DNA of 64,000 bases from a virus, in IMG/VR virus record IMGVR_UViG_3300025418_000694, positions 1 to 64,000 of that record. One strand, given 5' to 3'. Under the pieces are notes generated by a model that saw only the letters and a list, made by a program, of their open reading frames with translations, had not been told where the DNA came from and did not search any database. The position numbers were made by a program, and so were the translations under genes. Positions 38,820 to 47,713 of the stretch are shown here, piece by piece (within the stretch, counting starts at the first letter, position 1; every line of letters starts with the position of its first letter).

Positions 38820-39656
38820 ATGAACACAACTGACACTCTTACAGTATCAAACGAGTTTACTGTAGGCGAACTATGGGAAGCAGTCTGGGGCTGTGACGGA
38901 GCGGGCATGGTCTATTGGTGCTCTAAAATCCGCACTCCAGAAGGCAAGGACATCTATCTTTTCCTCAACAAAGGTGATGAATTTGTCCCCAACCCTCAAC
39001 CTGTCAAAATTTATGACACGACAGGCGTTACTCCTAAAACCTACGTGGTAACTGTCGAGGATTTGCGCCGAGGCTACGAACTAGCACTCAAAGCAGGTCA
39101 GACACATTGCGGAGGTTATCCTCTAGAAATTGACGACGCCGACTCCTGTTTCGGTGACATGGTTATACAGTACGCAATCTTTAACGAATTAGTCTACGGA
39201 TAGGAAGGGAAAACATGAGCGAAGTAGTATGGCAGAGCCAAATCACAGAGGACATGGTTCAAGATGTAAGCGCCCGTTCGTTCTTATTTGAGGAATTGGA
39301 CGACGCGGTAATGCGAATTTGTCAGGAATACGGGGTAAAATCCCTATGAGCCGTAGACACTTTCGCGCCCTAGCCGAAGCCCTAAAGGACTCAGGCGCTA
39401 GTTATCAGACTGTGGCTGCTATTGCTAGAGTCTGTGCCAATGAAAACCCAAGATTTGACTCCTCTAAGTTCTTTGAGGCGTGTGGCGTATGACTACCTAT
39501 AACACAGTAGTGCGCTTATACGCCTCAATAGAGGCAGAAACAGAGGAACAAGCAGAGTCAAGACTCCATGACTACATGAATAGCGTGGGTCTAGTTCCTA
39601 GTAATTGCGTTGTAGTCGCCGATTATGACGTAACAGACTTCGACAAGGAGGATTGA
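38820..39656 (+). other. Four small early ORFs (38820-39203, 39215-39349, 39346-39492, 39489-39656)
   Basis: RBSs and ATGA overlaps; the last three read by hand. Confidence 0.65.
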
Positions 39657-39750
39657 CGGAGACTAGCCGAGCCTGTCCTAGCCGTAATTGTATCCGTCAA
39701 GGGCGGTGGGAAGTAAAAAGCCCACCGCTATACAAAAAGCGCGGAAATGT

Positions 39751-39937
39751 CTAAATTGTTTGTGTTGACCCACCCACCCACGTACCTAAATACGACATCT
39801 TATTCCGCAATAAGCGGAATAAGCATTTGGGCTAATTGTTTAACAATTAGCCCAACACAAACATTCCCGCCCCAAGATGAACATTAGATGAACATTAACT
39901 GAGAGATTGCTGAGAGATTACTGAGAGAAGGCTGAGA
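39751..39937 (+). repeat. Regulatory module copy B with six phased boxes
   Basis: ATGAAC at 39877 and 39888; CTGAGA at 39899, 39910, 39921, 39932. Confidence 0.85.
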
Positions 39938-40089
39938 GCCAATCTATAGTAGAGTGAGAGTCTGCTATAGATTAAAAATGGACACGCCTTCGGCTACTGT
40001 CTAAAGAACGAAGTGAGAGTGTAGCGATACGTCCAGATTATTGCTATATGTCCGATTTGTCTTATATGATAACAATCTCTGCGATTACT

Positions 40090-40152
40090 GTTCACCTTCC
40101 GTTCACCTTCCGTTCATCTACTTAGGGGAATATATATCTACTCTATTCCGTT
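40090..40152 (+). promoter_or_regulatory. P6: three PHO-box-like GTTCAY units plus GGGAAT-N17-CGTT
   Basis: GTTCACC at 40090 and 40101, GTTCATC at 40112; GGGAAT at 40126; CGTT at 40149. Confidence 0.82.
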
Positions 40153-40211
40153 CTATCCATGTACGACAAACACTAACCGCGCCAATGGCGCACTATTAGA
40201 AGGAAGGCAGT

Positions 40212-41591
40212 ATGACACTAGCAGTATTGGTGGAGACCTTAGAGGGCGAAGCGCGCTCACAGACTCTCCTATTCCCTCACAAGGGAGAAGTGCGGATTTA
40301 TCACCGCCTCTCAACAGGTCAGGCAGGACGTGGACAGACATGGTCTCACCTATCTGATATAGAGGATTTGCCCGACACTCTCCTATCCAAGAAACCCGTA
40401 GCCGTTGTCCTCACCGAGCGCGATACTGCTCTCGTTGATACAGGACTCGTTACCAATATCGGTGCTAAGGCTCTCTATGCCTATGAAAGTGCCGACCCTG
40501 TTACCGCGCCAATCTCACACAGAGATAGCGTTCTAGACCTTAAAACTCGATTCGAGTCAGGAGACAACTCTCTCTCTGATTTGATTACCGATAAACGTCG
40601 TAATCAGGGTGTAATTCTAACCCCGTTGAGCGCGACCCCGAACGTGACCTTTATTAAGCAAAGTGAGCCTATCAAGCAAGAAGTAACAATAGGCGCACAC
40701 GAAAGCACACGTCTCGCCTATGAAAATATGATTACTGTTCCCGACCAAAAGTGGTCACGTGATTATATAAACCGCTACTTTGAGGACGGCAAGTCCGACT
40801 TCGAGATTTATGACTACGCAGATTCTAACGATATAAACGTTCTAATCGAAGGTGGCGCTGGTTCAGGCAAGACCATGAGTGTAATCGCCTATGCCTCTGC
40901 TAGACAGAAGCGTTATTTCAACGTCTCCTCTAATGCTGGTATTGACCCTAGCCAACTATTCGGGCGCTGGATTCCTAGAGAGGACGGACATGGTTATCGC
41001 TGGCAGGACGGCGCAGTCACTCTCCTAGTTCGACATGGCGGAGTTCTACTCCTCAATGAAGTGAACTTCATGCCCGAACGTATTATGACAGTTCTCTATT
41101 CCTTACTAGATGACCGACGTGAGATTCAATTATTGGATAACGGCGGTGAGGTTATTAAGGCTCACAAAGACCTGCTAATCGTGGCAGACATGAACGCTGG
41201 TTATCGTGGCACTCACGAACTATCACAGGCTAACAATGACAGGTGGAAAATTAAACTAGAGTTTCCTTACGATAAGAAAATCGAAAGCAAACTAATCAAG
41301 TCTAAGGCTCTGCTGGAATTGGCTCAAAAGTTACGTGACCGATTCGACCTAGATGAACTCACAACTCCAATCTCGACACGTGGTCTAGTAGCACTACAAA
41401 ATAACGTGACGGGTCTAGGCTTGAACTTCGCAATTACTTCTTACGTCAATGGATTCGACAAAGATGAACGCGTGGCAGTTCGTCAGGTAATCGAAACAAT
41501 GAAGTGGAATATCGCAACCGACTTCGGTGTAAAGGTTGAAGTCGAACCTACAGATTCAATCGTAACCGAGACAGTAAAGGTGGATAACTAA
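40212..41591 (+). CDS. MoxR/CbbQ/CobS-like AAA+ ATPase
   Basis: Walker A GGAGSGKT, WQDGAVT, LLLNEVN, MNAGYRGT..LSQA..DRW, ISTRGL. Confidence 0.9.
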   Translation: MTLAVLVETLEGEARSQTLLFPHKGEVRIYHRLSTGQAGRGQTWSHLSDIEDLPDTLLSKKPVAVVLTERDTALVDTGLVTNIGAKALYAYESADPVTAPISHRDSVLDLKTRFESGDNSLSDLITDKRRNQGVILTPLSATPNVTFIKQSEPIKQEVTIGAHESTRLAYENMITVPDQKWSRDYINRYFEDGKSDFEIYDYADSNDINVLIEGGAGSGKTMSVIAYASARQKRYFNVSSNAGIDPSQLFGRWIPREDGHGYRWQDGAVTLLVRHGGVLLLNEVNFMPERIMTVLYSLLDDRREIQLLDNGGEVIKAHKDLLIVADMNAGYRGTHELSQANNDRWKIKLEFPYDKKIESKLIKSKALLELAQKLRDRFDLDELTTPISTRGLVALQNNVTGLGLNFAITSYVNGFDKDERVAVRQVIETMKWNIATDFGVKVEVEPTDSIVTETVKVDN

Positions 41592-41592
41592 T

Positions 41593-43551
41593 ATGGGTCG
41601 CCGTCGCCGTCGCAATAATGGACTAATCTCTGAATTGGATTCCCTATCCACAGGACGTGGACTCCATGAACGTATCAACGATAACAATGAGTGGGAACTC
41701 TATGATGAGGAAAGCGGTTTAGCAGTAACCCATGCCGAACTAGTCGCAAAATACACAGAGCGCGCTAACCGACTCAATGCGGTGGCACAGGTGTACGAAC
41801 GTGTAGATAGGATTCTCACCAATGAGGATATTACTGTTCGTGTAATCAACGATAAGAATATGGATACCAATGCCCGTTCCAATGGAAAGGATATTGAACT
41901 CAATGCCAATCTAATTGAGGATTTATCTGACGAAAGTATTATGAGCCTTCATGGTCTGAACTATCACGAACTAGCGCACGTGGAGTTCTCTCCCCGTCAG
42001 GGTTCAGACTTAGGAATATACGTTCGCGATAATAAACTGTTTAAGGCAATCGCAATTCTAGAGGAAGGTCGCGCTGAACAATTACTGCTCAAAAAGTATC
42101 CTTCAATTCGACCTTACCTAGAAGCAAGTGTTTATACCTACGTGTTAGCAGACCAGCCTAGTGATTGGGGAACTAAGTTTCATCTAATCACAGGTCGCAC
42201 CTACTTACCACTAGAAATTAGGCAATCTATTCTAGACAAAGCAATCGTTCAATACGGATATGAAATTGTCTCCAACGTTCACTCGATTATCCATGCCTAT
42301 CGTGACTTAGTGTTCCCTGCTGATTTCGATAAGGCTAAAGAACTCGCACACAGACTCGCCAATATACTCGGACATGATGAGGATTCTAATAATTCAGGTT
42401 CAAGTTCTAGTGAAGGTTCAGAGGAGTCTAAGGACTCAAAAGGTATCACAGGTGTAGGCGGTGGGTGCGGTCTGCCTAGTAAGGGCAGACCAGCAAGCGG
42501 AAAGGAGCAGGCTAAGTATCAAAGCCAGCCCTCTAATGATAAATTAGAAAGCCTCAACACAAACAGGTCGCAAAGCGATAGCGGTTCAGGTAGCGAAATT
42601 GAAACTCAATCGGTCAATGATTCAGATTCAGAAATTACTGCCAAAGATGTTGAAGTGGCTCATGCTCTCAATGAGCGCATGAACCAACTAAAGCAGGACT
42701 CTCGCGTTAAGCGCGAAGTCAAGGACACTCGAAATGCGATTCTCGGTTCAGGTGAGGCTAAGGCTGATATTCCAACAGGTGACACTATGGAAATCGCACC
42801 TTCTATGGGAGCAATCTCAATGGCAAAGCGATTCAGCACAGAGTTAGAACGCATAGTGCGAAACAATGACCCTGCTTGGGTAGGTCGCACTAGAAGTGGT
42901 CGCCTGAATATCTCTCGCACCATGAACCCTGATGTCAATGCTATCTCTGAAATGTTCGACCAATGGGATATTGGTAATGAAGCCACCGATATAGAAGCGG
43001 TTATCCTTACCGATAATTCAGGTTCAATGGGCGGTTCAATGAAAGCAGTATGCGAGAACACTTGGATTCTAAAGCGCGCTATCGAAAGCATAGAAGGTTC
43101 AGTAACCGCCTTCTCCTTCGATTCTGATACTGAACTGCTCTACTCTAAAGATGATAAGGCTAAGTCTAGAGTAATGAAGTTCGTGGGTTCACGTGGAAGC
43201 ACTAACCCACTACGCGGAATTATCGAAGCAGACCGCATATTGACCTCATCTAAAAAGTCAATCAAGATTCTATTTATAGTTACTGACGGGGATTGGGAGC
43301 GCCAAGAACAATGCGACGACCTAATCAAGTCTATGAACAATAAGGGATTCCTGACGTGCGTAGTGTTCTTAGGTGATTTCAAGTCCTATCAGAACCTAAT
43401 CGAGCAGTCTGCTAGAGGTGATGACCGCGCTACTAATTACTTAAAGGCAATACGTCACCACGCCAAAGTGTTCCACGCTGTTACCAACACCGCAGATATT
43501 CTCAAAGTGGCAAGTATGCTAGTCAAATCAACTCTAAAGAAGGTGGCTTAG
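41593..43551 (+). CDS. CobT-like vWA protein with N-terminal HExxH motif
   Basis: HELAH, LEEGRAE, SGRLN, MIDAS DNSGSM, GST, VTDG. Confidence 0.88.
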   Translation: MGRRRRRNNGLISELDSLSTGRGLHERINDNNEWELYDEESGLAVTHAELVAKYTERANRLNAVAQVYERVDRILTNEDITVRVINDKNMDTNARSNGKDIELNANLIEDLSDESIMSLHGLNYHELAHVEFSPRQGSDLGIYVRDNKLFKAIAILEEGRAEQLLLKKYPSIRPYLEASVYTYVLADQPSDWGTKFHLITGRTYLPLEIRQSILDKAIVQYGYEIVSNVHSIIHAYRDLVFPADFDKAKELAHRLANILGHDEDSNNSGSSSSEGSEESKDSKGITGVGGGCGLPSKGRPASGKEQAKYQSQPSNDKLESLNTNRSQSDSGSGSEIETQSVNDSDSEITAKDVEVAHALNERMNQLKQDSRVKREVKDTRNAILGSGEAKADIPTGDTMEIAPSMGAISMAKRFSTELERIVRNNDPAWVGRTRSGRLNISRTMNPDVNAISEMFDQWDIGNEATDIEAVILTDNSGSMGGSMKAVCENTWILKRAIESIEGSVTAFSFDSDTELLYSKDDKAKSRVMKFVGSRGSTNPLRGIIEADRILTSSKKSIKILFIVTDGDWERQEQCDDLIKSMNNKGFLTCVVFLGDFKSYQNLIEQSARGDDRATNYLKAIRHHAKVFHAVTNTADILKVASMLVKSTLKKVA

Positions 43552-43664
43552 GTGTTCTTTATAGTATCTATGGGGCTAATTCTAGTAATAGCGTTAGCCC
43601 TAATCATAACTGAAGTAGATGATTCACTGAAGGACGAGTGGGAAGCGTGGGAAAGGAAACAGAA

Positions 43665-44438
43665 ATGGTAATTCAATTCGGAACTAGCGCGGATAATCTA
43701 GATTATGCCGTACTACAGAAGGAAACGCTGAACCAATTAAAGGGCGCACTACTAGCAGAGCAGACTCGCAACGAGTATCTAATCAACTTAGTGGACACCG
43801 CTATTGACTACTCGTTCTATTTAACAGATGAAAGGATTAAATAAATGAGCGAACACCACTTTGTAATCAAGTTCAACACAAACAATGGGCGGTTCGATTG
43901 GGATTCAGATACCGAGTCGGCTCGATTCCCCGAAGGCGCTATCTATCTTTCAGAGGTCAATAAATGGGTGGATTCCTCATATAACGATTCTCTGAACCAA
44001 ATAGACACACAAGCAGGTGAGGCGCTTAGTCAAACCCTAAACGTATTAAACCTGATGTACGAACAAGCAGGAAACAAGGAATAAAAGTAAAGAGTCAAAT
44101 GTTATATAGAGATATAAAGAGAGGAATAAATAATGCCACACCCACTAAGCGGTCTAACGCCCGACGAAAAGCGTAAGTTATTCAAGATGTTCGAGATTAT
44201 GTCTGAACCTAGTGATACTTCACATGAGGACATGATGTACGTCGTGAATAACGTTAGTCCTATGGTCGAGATACTAAAGAAAACTATCAGCAATCGCATG
44301 ATAGATAGCGGTATCAGCGCAGAGGAAACAGACGCTCTATTAAGTACGTTGATAGGAGTATCTAATATGGCTGGCGGTGTTAGTTTCGCCGACTTCGCCC
44401 ACACAGAAAGCATGGCAGAGGATTTATCAGATAACTAG
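43665..44438 (+). other. Small early ORFs (43665-43844, 43845-44084, 44133-44438)
   Basis: ORFs with RBSs. Confidence 0.65.
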
Positions 44439-44441
44439 AGT

Positions 44442-44619
44442 TGGATAGACACTTGGATAAGATAGACCTAATCTAACTACCAACAGACTTCAAGTTAGTC
44501 ACATGAACAGTTTAATTACTTAGTAATAAGACTCCGAGTAAGTTGAGGTATCAGGGTCGCAAAGACGAAAGGACTTGCGAAGGAGTTAGTTCCTAAACGT
44601 TGTACCTAGTGTCTATCTA
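44442..44619 (+). ncRNA. Candidate ~180-nt structured RNA
   Basis: 12-bp closing stem TGGATAGACACT/AGTGTCTATCTA; inner stems CTAACT/AGTTAG, GACT/AGTC, TCGCAA/TTGCGA with cGAAAg. Confidence 0.55.
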
Positions 44620-44647
44620 CGCAATCTAATCGAAAGAAGGTAAGTAA

Positions 44648-44938
44648 ATGGGAATAGTAAGTCCCGAACTCGCTCACAGATACGAGCGTGAGTTAGTAGG
44701 CTCTACTCTAATTAACGAGTATGGCGACACTATCGTTAAGGCTAAACACCTTAAAGATAATACGTTTCTAGTCATAGCGGTAAGACCCGTAAAGACTAAT
44801 CCGTACCAAGTATCAAAGGTAATCTATATTTCAGAGGACTTCTTAAACCCCTACAACGAAACAGGGGCAGAGACTTTGGAAGAAGCAGAAATTATATTTA
44901 ATGAAAGGATTGAAAGTGGCAAAATACTCAATAGTTAA
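44648..44938 (+). CDS. Hypothetical protein, paralogue of 45095..45412
   Basis: YERELVG..L.N...KAKHL...LVIAVR...TLEEAE. Confidence 0.7.
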   Translation: MGIVSPELAHRYERELVGSTLINEYGDTIVKAKHLKDNTFLVIAVRPVKTNPYQVSKVIYISEDFLNPYNETGAETLEEAEIIFNERIESGKILNS

Positions 44939-45095
44939 AACTGTTACTTACGATTTGGAAGCCGTAATCTATTCTGATTTATCAGAGGACGAACTAAAGC
45001 AGAGTCTAAAGCATGATGATTCAGATGTTGAGTACGAACAAATAGAGGGTAATGATGTTCAGTTCTATCTAGATTTATTAGAGGACGACGAGTAA
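44916..45095 (+). CDS. Small acidic protein
   Basis: GTG start with AAGGA RBS; D/E-rich. Confidence 0.6.
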   Translation: MAKYSIVKTVTYDLEAVIYSDLSEDELKQSLKHDDSDVEYEQIEGNDVQFYLDLLEDDE

Positions 45096-45412
45096 TGTCT
45101 AATAAACTTACAGACCTGTACGAAAAAGAAATGGTAGGCGCTGAACTTACGAATAAAGCGGTGGTAATCAAATCTAAACACCTAGAGGGCAGTAAGTATA
45201 TTGTCCTTGCCGTTCGTAAAGTTCCAGCAGAACCTCTCTATGATGAGCGAGATGTTGAGAAAACAACTCCTATTTATCACCGCCCATATATTGTATGGCA
45301 GGTGGATAAAAAGACTATGCGACCTATGAGTGGAGAGTATGCTCTGACACTAGAGGAAGCAGAGGAAGTCTATGAAATATATGGGAATAAAAAGAAGTTC
45401 TTAATCGTTTAA
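45095..45412 (+). CDS. Hypothetical protein, paralogue of 44648..44938
   Basis: YEKEMVG..L.N...KSKHL...IVLAVR...TLEEAE. Confidence 0.7.
   Translation: MSNKLTDLYEKEMVGAELTNKAVVIKSKHLEGSKYIVLAVRKVPAEPLYDERDVEKTTPIYHRPYIVWQVDKKTMRPMSGEYALTLEEAEEVYEIYGNKKKFLIV
45383..45409 (+). promoter_or_regulatory. P7: GGGAAT-N17-CGTT inside the 3' end of a CDS
   Basis: GGGAAT at 45383, CGTT at 45406, 30 nt before ATG 45439. Confidence 0.75.
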
Positions 45413-45438
45413 TAACTAATCGAAGGGAGTTGCCTACA

Positions 45439-45921
45439 ATGGGCATGGACGTATATGGAAAGAACGCTACGGACGAACGTGGCGAGTACTTTAGAAACAA
45501 TGTATGGTGGTGGAGACCACTATGGGACTACTGCGAGCAGGTCTATCCACCTTGTCGTGAGATAGACGGACACTCAAATAGCGGTGCTGGCTTTGATGTA
45601 GAAGGCGCACACGCACTACGCGACGCACTTATTAAAGAGATTAGTAGTGGTCGCACCTATGAATATGAGAAAGAACGCCAAGAGTTCTTAGATTCTATTC
45701 CTGATGAGACTTGTACCTTATGTGAAGGCATGGGAATAGTTCAAGTTAAAGAGGGCTGGTTCGATTACGTAGAGGGAGAAGTTACCTTCCGCGACCCATG
45801 TAATGCCTGTAATGGAACTAAGGTCAAGAGACCTTTCGAGTGTAATTATGGATTCAGCGTAGAGAACGTAAAAGAGTTCTGCCAATTCCTAACTACCTGC
45901 GGTGGATTCGAGATTTGCTAA
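45439..45921 (+). CDS. Phage protein with DnaJ-type Zn finger insert
   Basis: GEYFRNNVWWWRPLW; CTLCEGMG and CNACNGTK. Confidence 0.75.
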   Translation: MGMDVYGKNATDERGEYFRNNVWWWRPLWDYCEQVYPPCREIDGHSNSGAGFDVEGAHALRDALIKEISSGRTYEYEKERQEFLDSIPDETCTLCEGMGIVQVKEGWFDYVEGEVTFRDPCNACNGTKVKRPFECNYGFSVENVKEFCQFLTTCGGFEIC

Positions 45922-46930
45922 TGAATAACGAGACCTTATCAGAGAGCGTTTCTACGCATGGCAATCTTTCAAGGGGATTAGCCGACACACTTTCAGAAAT
46001 TATGGGCAGACCTGTCACACACTTAGCAGTTATCTCTGCCTTATCTATTGAAGGAATAAAGTTAGATATAGATACAGAAGGAATATCCTCTATTGCTATG
46101 GAATACGGAACTCATCTCCTTCACAAAAGTAGAAGTGAGGAAGATGAATAATGAGCCTGTGTAATTGGTGCGGAGATGAAATGAAAGAAGGATTATGGGA
46201 ATCCCATATCTGTATAGACTCTGAAAGTGAAAGTAAATAATGGATAGATGTATAAATTGTGGTTATGAAATAGATGAAGCAGTAAGCGACCCAACAGGTA
46301 TGTGTCAGACCTGTTGGTGGGCTTATGACAAGGGCTATCAAAAAGCAAAACAGGAAGCGAGCGAATAATGATTAAAGAATTAGATACAGACGAAGTTCTG
46401 TTGGCTATGAAGCACTACAAGCCTGTGAACTATATGGAAGCCCTTAGAAAACAAGCGCCCAATGGCACTAGCCTATTAACGGGAGAGAACAACGCTATAT
46501 TCGTTCAGTTCCCTGCCTTCATGGAGTTGCCTGACCTAATGATTAGTTTATTAGAACAAGACACTCACACTTGGAAATGGATTAGTTTGGGCAATAATCA
46601 AGAGTATGAAGGCGTAATAAAGTTTAAGGGCGGTAGTGAGAAGCCTAGTGATGAGGAGTTCTACGAGATGTCCGAGTATCTAGCCCTAAACTTTTGGAAG
46701 CAAGCAAGGAAGCAAATGAGGTTCAAGTAATGTCTAATATAAAGAGAGCAATCGAATCTATTATAGAGTGCGAGTCCTGTAGTGGTCAGGGCTGGCATTT
46801 CTACGGAGACGACGAAATGTGGGACGTGGAGTCCTGTGATTGTAACCCTCACTCTATTGACATAGAGGAGATTGAGGACTATAAATTACGTATGGGCATG
46901 GACGCGTACCGCAATTTAATGGAAGAATAA
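45921..46930 (+). other. Small early ORFs (45921-46151, 46368-46730, 46730-46930 and Cys-containing micro-ORFs between them)
   Basis: TAATG couplings. Confidence 0.6.
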
Positions 46931-47006
46931 ACCTTCGCTATGGGTTGATGAAACCTTAGGGATTAAGTAGTCAGCACCATAGCGAAATCTATTAAGGAGT
47001 AATTTA

Positions 47007-47414
47007 ATTCAGACTTTCTTGCCCGCTCCTGATTTCAAGGAGTGCGCCCGTATTCTTGATTACCGCAGGTTAGGTAAGCAGAGAGTTGAGGCATATCAAA
47101 TACTAAATACCCTACGTGGGGAGAGTCTTGGCTGGCGCAATCATCCTGCCGTAAAGATGTGGGCTGGTTACGAGCCAGCACTTAAACAATACGGGAGAGA
47201 GATGTGCCTAGAGTGGAGAGCGCGTGGGTACAAGGACAATATGCTCGAAAGGTTTGTGTTGGACGCGCCCGTCGTGTTGCCAACATGGTTAGGGGATAGT
47301 AGGCTTCATATATCCCACCAATCAAATCTAATAAGGAAAGACCCCGAATACTACAAAGACAAGTTTCCAAATGTACCCGCAGACCTGCCGTACTTTTGGA
47401 TTACGAAAGGATAA
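47007..47414 (+). CDS. Pyrimidine-dimer DNA glycosylase (DenV / MSMEG_6728 family), probable ATT start
   Basis: (I)QTFLP..F..CA..LD.RRLGKQRVEAYQIL, W.NHPAVKMW.GY, H.SHQSNL.RKDP. Confidence 0.88.
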   Translation: MQTFLPAPDFKECARILDYRRLGKQRVEAYQILNTLRGESLGWRNHPAVKMWAGYEPALKQYGREMCLEWRARGYKDNMLERFVLDAPVVLPTWLGDSRLHISHQSNLIRKDPEYYKDKFPNVPADLPYFWITKG

Positions 47415-47417
47415 TAA

Positions 47418-47693
47418 ATGGCTAAACCAATGGAAACAATGAAAGCAACTCTAATCAAGAATACGAGTAAAGGTGGAGCATGGCTTCTCAATTACCAGTT
47501 TATTCTTGATGGAACTGTGCGCCACGATACTACGCAGGCTTGGGCTAACCCTTCCGCAGCAAAGCGCGCTCTAAAAGAAATCGTATTGAGAGAAACACCT
47601 CGCAAGTCGATTAAAATGATTGCTAACAGGCAAGATGAGAACGACAAGCCAATCTCCTTTATTGGAGAGATTAACTATCGACCACTAAATTAG
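47418..47693 (+). CDS. Hypothetical basic protein
   Basis: GAAAGGA RBS. Confidence 0.65.
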   Translation: MAKPMETMKATLIKNTSKGGAWLLNYQFILDGTVRHDTTQAWANPSAAKRALKEIVLRETPRKSIKMIANRQDENDKPISFIGEINYRPLN

Positions 47694-47713
47694 GGAGAGA
47701 GAGAAAGAGAGAA

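Noticed and set aside
35500-39937. CTGAGA and CAACACAAACA repeats as a CRISPR or mini-array
   Set aside because: Units are 6-11 bp with 5-bp gaps or irregular spacing; there is no 25-45-bp repeat with unique spacers
46934-46986. Hammerhead ribozyme (TGATGA...GAAA-like words)
   Set aside because: No CUGANGA core, and the three-stem arrangement is missing
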